Position numbers and translations under genes: made by a program
The notes under the pieces: model-generated
Database searches by the model: none
The model's input: only the letters and a program-made list of their open reading frames with translations
Told to the model about the DNA's origin: nothing
In this document: piece after piece, positions 21,357 to 30,015 of the stretch
How the letters are laid out: each line of letters opens with the position of its first letter
Position numbering within the stretch: the stretch's first letter is position 1
Origin: Gammaproteobacteria bacterium RIFCSPHIGHO2_12_FULL_35_23
GTDB taxonomy: Bacteria; Pseudomonadota; Gammaproteobacteria; UBA12402
Direction of reading: 5' to 3'
DNA: 64,000 bases
Assembly (NCBI GenBank): GCA_001801465.1
Contig: MGXT01000020.1
Coordinates: 134,228-198,227 of the forward strand

Positions 21357-22433
21357 ATGCCAATTGTAACGATCAATTTGGCAAATTTACTGCATAATGT
21401 GGGCGTGGTAAGAAAATACGCGCCACAGAGCAAAATTTTAGCCATGGTCAAAGCAAATGCCTATGGGCATGGTTTAATTCCAATTTCAGAAACTTTGGCT
21501 CCTATTGTTGATGCTTTAGGAGTAGCAAGATTAGAAGAAGCTATAATACTTCGAGATCATGGTTTAACAATTCCAATTGTTATTATGAATGGAGTTTGCA
21601 ATCTTGATGAAATCAAGTTGGCAAGCGAGCTCTATTGTGATTTGGTTATACATACAATGTGGCAGGCTAATTTATTACAGCAAATTAAATTAATTCGTCC
21701 AGTTAAAGTTTGGTTGAAAATTAATACAGGTATGAATCGATTAGGCGTATTACCAGAGGAAGTGGTGTCTGCTTATAACCAATTAATTTATTCTGCTAAT
21801 ATTATTAAACCAATTACTTTTATAACCCATCTTTCTGATGCAGATGATGAAGAAAATCCTAAAACAACAAGACAATTAGAGCAGTTGAATCATATTATTA
21901 ACGGATTAGAGGGTCATAAAAGTATTGCTAATTCTGGTGCTATTGTAGCATTACCTGACACGCATCAAGATTGGGTAAGGCCTGGCATTATGCTCTATGG
22001 AGGTTCGCCACTTAAGAGAGTTTCAGCAGCAAAGCTTGATTTAAAACCCGTTATGACATTGTCTTCCTATCTTATTGCTATTAATCAGGTGCTCGCAGGT
22101 GAAACCATTGGTTATGGTAGTACCTGGTGTTGTAGCGAGGCAATATCTATGGGAGTTATTGCTTTAGGATATGGTGACGGCTATCCAAGACACGCTGAAT
22201 CAGGTACCCCTGTACTCATTAATGGTAGAATTTGTCCCTTAGTTGGCAGGGTTTCAATGGATATGATAACTGTTGATTTAACTTCTATTCCGGATGCTCA
22301 AGTAGGCGATGCAGTAATACTCTGGGGAGAGGGATTGCCAGCTGAATTGGTGGCTGAAAGAGCGAGTACAGTTACTTATGAGCTATTTACTCATATGGTA
22401 CCGCGTGTTAAATTAATAAAATATATTAAATAA
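21357..22433 (+). CDS. alr: alanine racemase
   Basis: AMVKANAYGHG (PLP lysine), WVRPGIMLYG, GYGDGYPR, GRVSMDM. Confidence 0.97.
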   Translation: MPIVTINLANLLHNVGVVRKYAPQSKILAMVKANAYGHGLIPISETLAPIVDALGVARLEEAIILRDHGLTIPIVIMNGVCNLDEIKLASELYCDLVIHTMWQANLLQQIKLIRPVKVWLKINTGMNRLGVLPEEVVSAYNQLIYSANIIKPITFITHLSDADDEENPKTTRQLEQLNHIINGLEGHKSIANSGAIVALPDTHQDWVRPGIMLYGGSPLKRVSAAKLDLKPVMTLSSYLIAINQVLAGETIGYGSTWCCSEAISMGVIALGYGDGYPRHAESGTPVLINGRICPLVGRVSMDMITVDLTSIPDAQVGDAVILWGEGLPAELVAERASTVTYELFTHMVPRVKLIKYIK

Positions 22434-22513
22434 GCTTACGTAAAATATAGATCAATTAATTAACTTTTCATTTTATATCAATATAATAAAATTCAATTAT
22501 AGGATTAAATTTT

Positions 22514-23257
22514 ATGACTAAGTCTTCTCAATTATTAAGTGATCGCTTTTTAAAGAAAACTGTATTTATTATTTTAAGTACCTGTTTGTTTTTTCTGCCA
22601 GGACTTTGTTTTTCTGAATAAAATTCTTCTCAAAAATCTAATAATACAATTGTATTCTCGCAGTCATTGACTCAAGCTTCTGACTCTACTATTTATAAAA
22701 GTCTAACGTGTAATTTTGAAATTAAATTACCAAAAGGTATTTTACTGAATAGAGTAAATGAAAATTATTATTTAATTGGTGATGTGACGGTACAAAGAAT
22801 TCCAGGGTGTAAAACAATAAAAAATTTACCTAATTGTCAGTTTATGGCTATAGTTCCCTTTAATTCAAACTCTAATATACAAACAGAAAATTTTTATATT
22901 TCTGTAGCAAAAATTAAAGATAAAATATCTGCTGACAAAGCAAGTGAAATATTTAATAGACATTTTCAAACAGGTAAACATAAAGTACGAATAGTTAATA
23001 GTAGAATTTTTTATCGGGCTTACTTTAATGAGGGGGTGGCAAGTACTATTGAATCAGATACAAGCTATATTGCTATTATTAATCATTATATTTATAAATT
23101 AACTCCGCAGGTCTTTTATTTTGATGATCCTGATAATGTATCGTCTGGAGAAGAAGTAGTGGGAGAGGTGTTTGATTCGCTGCGAATTAAAAACATGCTA
23201 GCAGAGAAATCAAAAATCTATCCATTTCTTGATAATTTTAAAATAATTAATGATTAG
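22514..23257 (+). pseudogene. secreted hypothetical protein interrupted by one in-frame TAA (22619-22621)
   Basis: ATG 22514 after AGGA is in frame with ORF 22667-23257 and reads MTKSSQLLSDRFLKKTVFIILSTCLFFLPGLCFSE*NSSQ..., a signal peptide followed by a stop. Confidence 0.7.
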
Positions 23258-23297
23258 CGCATTAAGCTGGAGAGACTTTTGATATAAAACCAAAAAA

Positions 23298-23339
23298 ATT
23301 GGTTGTGCTAAATCTAAATAGTAATTCAGCACAACCAAT
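23298..23339. terminator. hairpin terminator between convergent genes
   Basis: ATTGGTTGTGCT ... AGCACAACCAAT 12-bp inverted repeat, A-run on the left (U-tail for the minus strand). Confidence 0.7.
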
Positions 23340-23344
23340 AATAT

Positions 23345-24511
23345 TTATCTTGGGGCGGGTCTTCTATCCAATAGATAGGCTGTTGGGTCAAAAACTTGAG
23401 CGCTTTTGATATGATCCAGTGCTCTGAAAAGTCCTAATGAGCCAGCAAAAATGCCAGATTTGGGTCTAGCAGTGGTAACATGAGGAGAAGAGAAAGCTCT
23501 TCTGGTAGGTGATTTACAAACCGATGTTTTAAAAATAGTTGGTAAACCTGGTTTTGTATGAGTTTTTGGCATAGCTTCTACCAAGCTTACTGTATCAGTT
23601 GGTAAAGCAGGCGCTCTGTTAGCCAGTTTAGCTTTGATATTTCGATAAGTAGTTTTAATATGCGTAAAGGCTATTGCTTGTTCTTCATTCAGCAAAACAA
23701 GGTTTAATAGTTCAATCAATTGATCGGCTTTATTGAAAACCCGCGCATGAAACTCTTTGCGGTGATTATTAATAATGTAGAGGAGCGCATTTAAATAGCT
23801 ATTAATTATTTTATCTTCCAATTTAATTTTGGTAACAGTATAAGGCAGCAGTTGCCATAATTTTTGTGTTTTTGTTTTTTGTGGTGCAATGAATGAAAGA
23901 AGGCATTCATACCATAAGATATTACCTTTTAAGTTAAAAGTATGAATCGTTTGTGGCAGGCTTTGACAAAAGGTTTGTAGTTGTCTTCTATCTAGTTTTT
24001 GATCTATGTGAGGAAGCGTTAAACTGAGCAAAGAAGTTTTTGTATCACTTAATGCTGGGCTAAATGGATGAGAAAAGAGCTCTTGCCAGTAACGTATGGT
24101 CTTTTCTCCAAAGATCAATGTCGTAATCGTTGTTGGTAAAGATTGGGTAAATGCTAAAATTTGTGGTTCATTCCATTGATAAAGGGTGGTTTGAGAGAAA
24201 TCTATTGAAGTAATATTGTCAGGAATAGCTTTACAAAAGGCCGTAATTTCTTCTTCACTAAGCTCGTGAATATTAGGAATATCAATAATAAGCGTGGTAG
24301 CAGCTTCTGTTTGAGCGGCTGATTCTTGACTGGGAAACTCTGGATATTTAAGCGTTGTAATTAACCGTTTGGGTATGTTTAAAAAATAAGGTAATTGAAC
24401 ACCTTTTGCTCTAATAGGCCTATATAATGATGGAACATGATGAGATAGGCTTAGACTAGCCAGTATCATTGCAATCCTAATATCAGCCTGAGTACTTAAT
24501 AATCTTAACAT
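23345..24511 (-). CDS. orphan protein with degenerate leucine-rich repeats, candidate secreted effector
   Basis: repeats FCKAIPDNITSIDFSQTTL, FTQSLPTTITTLIFGEKTI, FCQSLPQTIHTFNLKGNIL, WQLLPYTVTKIKLEDKII. Confidence 0.6.
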   Translation of the reverse strand: MLRLLSTQADIRIAMILASLSLSHHVPSLYRPIRAKGVQLPYFLNIPKRLITTLKYPEFPSQESAAQTEAATTLIIDIPNIHELSEEEITAFCKAIPDNITSIDFSQTTLYQWNEPQILAFTQSLPTTITTLIFGEKTIRYWQELFSHPFSPALSDTKTSLLSLTLPHIDQKLDRRQLQTFCQSLPQTIHTFNLKGNILWYECLLSFIAPQKTKTQKLWQLLPYTVTKIKLEDKIINSYLNALLYIINNHRKEFHARVFNKADQLIELLNLVLLNEEQAIAFTHIKTTYRNIKAKLANRAPALPTDTVSLVEAMPKTHTKPGLPTIFKTSVCKSPTRRAFSSPHVTTARPKSGIFAGSLGLFRALDHIKSAQVFDPTAYLLDRRPAPR

Positions 24512-25083
24512 AATAGCCCCTTTATTGAATTATTTTTCTAAAAACCGAATTTTTTTATAAAAATTCTCTAATGACAGAATAATACCCCATATTTTCGAAT
24601 TAAAATACATATTTTTTGAGTTTTTCAGAAAAAATATTTAAAATTTGAATATTTATTCAAAAATAAGATCAGAAAATTTTCAAGCGCTGGTGATAAGCTG
24701 ACTATACTCCAATTGGATATTGTAGTACTTAATAGCGGTACAAAGTCAGTTTTGCAGGCAAAACTTCTTAGAAAGCCTGTTTTGACTTAGTTTACAATGT
24801 CGCATATTTATTAGTGTTAGCAGCTTTGCATTGGTATGGGTATCGATCAAATAATTATTATTTAGTCTTCAAGTTTTATCCTCTACTGTTGAACTTAGCT
24901 TAGAAATTTTGAGTATGTTAGTTCAATATCATAAGTGTCGTAATTTAGCAGAATATGAGAGGTATCTTGAAATTGATGATAGATTATTGCCAGAATTATA
25001 AGTGCTATAGAAATATTTTTTTCACGAGCAACTTCTTTGATAAAAGAATAAAATTAAAAAATTCAATACACAATATAATATTA

Positions 25084-25575
25084 TTATAGCTTTTTCATTT
25101 TAGCTTTAAGATCAGCTTTTTTTCCAAGCAAAAAAGCAATTTCAGTAGTAATAAAAATGGGTGCAATCAATGCTTGAAATAAATTATCAAATAAAGCAGG
25201 TTTTTTGCCTTCTAAAAAATGACCTAGAAATTGAATAGCCCAGGCAATAATGAAAACAATAATCATGATTTTAAATCCAAGCCAGTTTGGAGCATTACCG
25301 CCGATTAATCGTGCAATAATATTTAAGATAATCAAACCAATAGTGGTGGCAATCGCAAGCTCTTTATCTAGTAAAAAATAATAAACAAAGAGTCCAATGA
25401 GTGCGAGCCAGCTAATGCCTAGATGAAACCAACCGTTGACTCCAAAATTAATCCAATTAAATAGAATAAAAATAGGAATGATAGCTAAGGGAACGCCAAT
25501 AAAGTGGGTGATTTTAGTGCTCATTTTAGTATGATAGCGTTCATAATTACTTAAATGATTGATTAATGCTTGCAT
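25084..25575 (-). CDS. DUF962/Mpo1-like membrane protein
   Basis: Y..YH....THFIGVP, WAIQFLGHFLEGKKPALFDNL.Q.LIAP.F. Confidence 0.9.
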   Translation of the reverse strand: MQALINHLSNYERYHTKMSTKITHFIGVPLAIIPIFILFNWINFGVNGWFHLGISWLALIGLFVYYFLLDKELAIATTIGLIILNIIARLIGGNAPNWLGFKIMIIVFIIAWAIQFLGHFLEGKKPALFDNLFQALIAPIFITTEIAFLLGKKADLKAKMKKL

Positions 25576-25711
25576 AACTGTCTCCCTGTGCTTTTATAAA
25601 ATAGCCTTTGCTAAGAGCTAACTTACTAGAAAATCAAGCATTTGACAAATTTTTTACAAATTAAAAAAAATAAGTATAATAAATCAAATTTTTTATAATG
25701 AGGTGGTTTAT

Positions 25712-26170
25712 ATGAAAAAGATAATAACGTTGATTACCCTAATTTGTTTTAGCTTTAGTTTAGTTGCTTGTCAGAATATGACGAAGCAGGATGCAGGCGT
25801 GATAGCTGGCGGGGCTTTAGGCGGGCTCGTTGGCTCTCGATTTGGTGGCGGCAATGGTCAGGTCTTAGCAACAGTAGGCGGTGCAATTATTGGGGCTGCA
25901 ATTGGTGGTTTAATAGGACATAATATGGATCAAACTGATCAATTGGAAATGCAACAAGCACTAGAGAATAATAAAAATAATCAGTCAACAAGTTGGAAGA
26001 ACCCTAATAACGGTAATACCTATCAAGTAGTTCCAAAACAAACTTATTATGAAAGTAATGGCACGCCTTGTCGCGAGTATTATATGAATGCAACCATCGG
26101 TGGCAAACCACAGCAAGTTTGGGGTAAAGCGTGTCGTCAAGCAGATGGCAGTTGGAAAGTTGTTAGCTAA
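25712..26170 (+). CDS. 17-kDa surface-antigen-type glycine-zipper lipoprotein
   Basis: lipobox LVAC, glycine zipper GVIAGGALGGLVGSRFGGG, W.NP..G, CREY...ACRQADGSW. Confidence 0.92.
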   Translation: MKKIITLITLICFSFSLVACQNMTKQDAGVIAGGALGGLVGSRFGGGNGQVLATVGGAIIGAAIGGLIGHNMDQTDQLEMQQALENNKNNQSTSWKNPNNGNTYQVVPKQTYYESNGTPCREYYMNATIGGKPQQVWGKACRQADGSWKVVS

Positions 26171-26178
26171 TATTTTTG

Positions 26179-26204
26179 ATTCTGGGCTTGTGCCCAGGAT
26201 TTTT
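26179..26204. terminator. intrinsic terminator
   Basis: ATTCTGGGC-TTGT-GCCCAGGAT followed by T-run, between convergent genes. Confidence 0.7.
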
Positions 26205-26508
26205 ATTCGTTTGAAGAATCATCAGTATTTTTTGTAACAGGCCACTGTAAATGGTATTGGTCAAGAATACTTTGCAAAGATTGAAAACCAGTTCTTCCTT
26301 TTTGTTTAAGAGATTGTAATTGTTCTTTGCTAAGCGTAATAATTTGTTTTGTTTTATCTTTAGTAGTAATAAATAGCTGGTTTGACTTTAATGTAATATC
26401 TTCAATGATAGAAGAATCATTGTTATTATTAATAGGCGTTGTTTGATTTTGACCTATACTTACTGTTACAGACAAGCTTAAAATTAATAGCATGAGTAAT
26501 TTTTTCAT
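26203..26508 (-). CDS. small secreted hypothetical protein
   Basis: MKKLLMLLILSLSVTVSIG signal peptide; AAGGA upstream. Confidence 0.65.
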   Translation of the reverse strand: MKKLLMLLILSLSVTVSIGQNQTTPINNNNDSSIIEDITLKSNQLFITTKDKTKQIITLSKEQLQSLKQKGRTGFQSLQSILDQYHLQWPVTKNTDDSSNE

Positions 26509-26589
26509 GAGCTTTTATCCTTTGAATTTGTTTTTCTATTATCTAAAAAATAGTTTTATGAAACAAGTAAATTGATAGTTTATTTATCA

Positions 26590-27810
26590 TTAAACCCGAT
26601 AGTTAGTTTGATAAGCTGAATCATCATTAAAAATAACAATAAAAACTATCAAAACAGTGAAGCTTAATATTGACAAAATAATGCCCAGCGGTAATTGGCT
26701 TGTTTGACGAAACATAGCTGAAATGAAAATAGCAAAACCAGCTCCTAGATTTTGTACTCCTCCTAATAACGCACCTGCTGTACCAGCAAGTTGAGGAAAA
26801 GGTTCCAAAGCGCCGCTAGTTGCTGCGGGAAAAACAATCCCTGCAGCAAACATATAAAGAGTAATAGGAATAATTATTGCGTAAATATTTATCCACTGCA
26901 ATAAACCAGTCAGTAATAAACTGATAGCACCTATAAAAAGTAAAGCAATTCCTAATAACAAGGTTTGTTTTAAAGGCCAGCGCTTAGCAAGAAAACCGGA
27001 AATGCTAGAGCCCAACATATAAGCGGGTAAGGGGAGTGTAAACCATAAGCTAGTAATAAATGGCGAAAAGCCTAACACACGGCTAAAAAGAATTCCTCCT
27101 ACGGCTTCAAAAATGCAGACACCGGAAAAAGTAACCACTAAACAAGTCATATAACCTAAAAATTGGTAGTTTTTAAAAATAGTTAGGTAGTTATTATAGA
27201 ATCGTTGGCCAGAAAGTTTTGTAGAGTATGCAAATTTGTTAGTTTCAGGAAACAAACTATATTCAGCTATTAAAACACAGATACTAAACAAAATTAAAAA
27301 AGCAAAGCAAGCGCGCCATCCCCAAAAGCTAGCAAGAATGCCACCTAATAAAGGGGCGATGAGAGGGGCTACAATTAATGCTACACTGACGTGGCTTGCT
27401 GCTCTGTGTAGTTGTGGACCATGATATAAATCTCGCATGACGGTTCTAGCCATGACACCACCACAACCTATGCCACAGCCTTGAATGCAGCTACCAATGA
27501 ATAATAGTTGAAAAGTTGTAGCCAAGGTAGTTGTGATTGAACCTATTACAAAGATGATTAATCCAACAATAATAATAGGTTTTCTGCCGAAATAATCAGA
27601 GAAGGGGCCGTAAATAAATTGCGAAAGTCCATAGGTTAGTAAATAAATGGCCATTATACTTTGAACATGGGTTGCTAAAATTGCAAAAGAATTAGCAATC
27701 ATGGTCATAGCTGGGACATAGATGGTATTAGTAATTTGTCCGACAGCCGCCAAGCTTACGACTAACAACATAATGCGCAAAAAAGAGAAGTTTTGTTCTA
27801 AGTTATTCAT
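26590..27810 (-). CDS. emrD: Bcr/CflA-family (EmrD-like) MFS multidrug transporter
   Basis: AVGQITNTIYVPA, YGLSQFIYGPFSDYFGRKP, GGVMARTVMRDLY, FP.ATSGALEPFP.LAGTAGALLGG.QNLG. Confidence 0.85.
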   Translation of the reverse strand: MNNLEQNFSFLRIMLLVVSLAAVGQITNTIYVPAMTMIANSFAILATHVQSIMAIYLLTYGLSQFIYGPFSDYFGRKPIIIVGLIIFVIGSITTTLATTFQLLFIGSCIQGCGIGCGGVMARTVMRDLYHGPQLHRAASHVSVALIVAPLIAPLLGGILASFWGWRACFAFLILFSICVLIAEYSLFPETNKFAYSTKLSGQRFYNNYLTIFKNYQFLGYMTCLVVTFSGVCIFEAVGGILFSRVLGFSPFITSLWFTLPLPAYMLGSSISGFLAKRWPLKQTLLLGIALLFIGAISLLLTGLLQWINIYAIIIPITLYMFAAGIVFPAATSGALEPFPQLAGTAGALLGGVQNLGAGFAIFISAMFRQTSQLPLGIILSILSFTVLIVFIVIFNDDSAYQTNYRV

Positions 27811-27849
27811 TAAGAGGCTCTTTTTTACATATTGATCAAAATATGCGCC

Positions 27850-27877
27850 ATTTTAGCATAGTGCTAGCAAGCGTCAA
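27850..27877 (-). promoter_or_regulatory. sigma70-type promoter of the emrD-like gene
   Basis: minus strand TTGACG-16nt-TAAAAT with extended TGn. Confidence 0.55.
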
Positions 27878-27951
27878 TTTAAATTTCGTGCAAGCTTAGA
27901 ATAGAGTATGATAATTTTTTATAGTTTACATAGACTTATAAAGAGAGGGCA

Positions 27952-29316
27952 ATGATTAAAGAAAAAATTATTTTTAATTGTAATGCTTGTGGTGCGCAAT
28001 TTCCTAAATGGATGGGGCAATGTACAGAATGTAATGCTTGGAATTCATTAACTGAAGAAACATTATTTAAAACCAATAAGAACTTAAAATTTCAAAATTA
28101 TGCAGGTGCAGTGAGTTATGTTCATGAAATATCCCGAGTTGAGTTGCAGGAACAAACCAGACTGTCAACCGGGATTAGTGAATTTAATCGAGTCTTAGGG
28201 GGTGGCGTGGTCGCTGGCTCGGTCATTCTAATTGGCGGTGACCCGGGTATTGGTAAATCTACTTTGCTGTTACAGGTTATGGCTAGTTTATCAAAGTTTA
28301 CCAAAGTACTTTATGTAACTGGAGAGGAATCTTTACAGCAAGTTGCGCTAAGAGCTAAACGTTTGCATTTGTTAGACCAGACCATACAGCTTTTAGCAGA
28401 AATTCAAACCGAAAAAATTATTAAAGCAGCAGAAGATAATAAACCCGCAGTGTTGGTTATAGATTCTATTCAAACCATTTGTACGGAAATGATCTCTTCT
28501 GCTCCAGGTTCAGTTAGTCAACTGCGTGAAAGTACAGCACAATTAGTGCGTTTTGCCAAAGCAACTAATACTGTAATTTTTTTAGTGGGACATGTAACTA
28601 AAGAAGGTGCTATTGCTGGGCCAAGAGTATTAGAGCATATGGTTGATACGGTACTTTATTTTGAAGGTGAAACAGGTAGTCGTTTTCGAGTTATTCGAGC
28701 CGTCAAAAATCGTTTTGGAGCAGTTAATGAGTTAGGTGTTTTTGCCATGACTGAAAAAGGATTACGTGAAGTGAATAATCCTTCTGCTATTTTTATGACT
28801 CAGTCTGAAGCTGCTGTTGCAGGTAGTATCATTACTGCAGCATGGGAGGGCAGTAGACCTTTATTGGTAGAGGTGCAATCTTTAGTGGACACCAGTCATT
28901 TAGGAAATCCAAGACGTGTATCAGTGGGGTTAGAAACTAATCGCTTAGCTATGCTATTAGCGGTATTACATAGACATGCTGGCATTGTAACTTACGATCA
29001 GGATGTCTTTCTGAATGTAGTAGGCGGTATGCGAGTTTTAGAAACTTCTGCTGATTTAGCAACGCTTTTTGCTATTGTGTCTAGCTTAAAAAATAAAATT
29101 CTTCCTAGAAACTTATTGGTTTTTGGAGAAGTGGGATTGGGAGGAGAAATTCGGCCGGTTCCCAATGGTCAAGAACGTATTCGTGAGGCTGCAAAGCACG
29201 GTTTTAAGCATGCAATTATTCCTAAAGCTAATGCACCTACTCAGATTATGGCTGATATTTCTATTCATGCAGTAAGTAAACTTGATGAAGCATTAAGCTT
29301 GAGTCAGTTTGAATAA
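27952..29316 (+). CDS. radA: DNA repair protein RadA/Sms
   Basis: C4 zinc finger, GGDPGIGKSTLLLQ, KNRFG motif, Lon-like C-terminus. Confidence 0.98.
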   Translation: MIKEKIIFNCNACGAQFPKWMGQCTECNAWNSLTEETLFKTNKNLKFQNYAGAVSYVHEISRVELQEQTRLSTGISEFNRVLGGGVVAGSVILIGGDPGIGKSTLLLQVMASLSKFTKVLYVTGEESLQQVALRAKRLHLLDQTIQLLAEIQTEKIIKAAEDNKPAVLVIDSIQTICTEMISSAPGSVSQLRESTAQLVRFAKATNTVIFLVGHVTKEGAIAGPRVLEHMVDTVLYFEGETGSRFRVIRAVKNRFGAVNELGVFAMTEKGLREVNNPSAIFMTQSEAAVAGSIITAAWEGSRPLLVEVQSLVDTSHLGNPRRVSVGLETNRLAMLLAVLHRHAGIVTYDQDVFLNVVGGMRVLETSADLATLFAIVSSLKNKILPRNLLVFGEVGLGGEIRPVPNGQERIREAAKHGFKHAIIPKANAPTQIMADISIHAVSKLDEALSLSQFE

Positions 29317-29518
29317 TAAATATTAAAAAGCCTTCAGAAGCAATGGTTCATAGATAGATAATTTAAAAATATTCTGTATAGGATTAATGTGGTTTTAAGA
29401 AAGTAGCCTTTATTATTTTTAATCTTTAGAATCTGTTTTTTTATAATAAGTCTTTAATAATGGATTTCTTTATAGCTTACTGCTTGCAAATTGTACAAAA
29501 AATAGTATTGTATGTTTT

Positions 29519-29877
29519 GAGCTGGCTAAGCAATCGCTGGATTGAAAAATCGAGAGGAAAGTCCGGGCTCCCTAGGGTAGAGTGCCAGGTAACGCCTGGG
29601 AGGTGAGAGCCTACGGAAAGTGCCACAGAAAATATACCGCCAGGCTACTCTGTAGCAAGGTAAGGGTGAAAAGGTATGGTAAGAGCATACCGCATGGCTG
29701 GTAACAGGCATGGCAGGGCAAACCCCGCTTGGAGCAAGACGAATAGGAATCAAAGCAAGCGTTTGCTTGCCAGGTGTTACCCGCACCTTTGATTCGGGTA
29801 AGTTGCTTGAGCTATTTGGTGACAAATAGCCTAGAGGAATGATTGCTCACGACAGAACCCGGCTTATCGGCCAGCTC
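29519..29877 (+). ncRNA. rnpB: RNase P RNA, type A
   Basis: GAGGAAAGTCCGGGCTC and ACAGAACCCGGCTTA conserved P4 strands, AGTGCCACAGAAAA, GGGTGAAA.GGT.TGGTAAGAG; P1 GAGCTGGC/GCCAGCTC. Confidence 0.97.
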
Positions 29878-29953
29878 AAATTAGGTTAAATAATGATCAT
29901 TTAATAAGTTATCATAAACTTTACGTTTTTAAAAATTTTGAATTACCAGTTTG

Positions 29954-29986
29954 CTTAAGATTATTTTAAGTTTTCAAGCGTATCGT
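29954..29986 (+). promoter_or_regulatory. PmrA-like direct repeat plus -10 box
   Basis: CTTAAGATT-AT-TTTAAGTTT-N7-TATCGT. Confidence 0.6.
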
Positions 29987-30015
29987 TTTTTTATTAGGAT
30001 AATTTTAAAGTTAGG

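Noticed and set aside
29526..29825. 99-aa minus-strand ORF
   Set aside because: Antisense shadow of the GC-rich RNase P RNA
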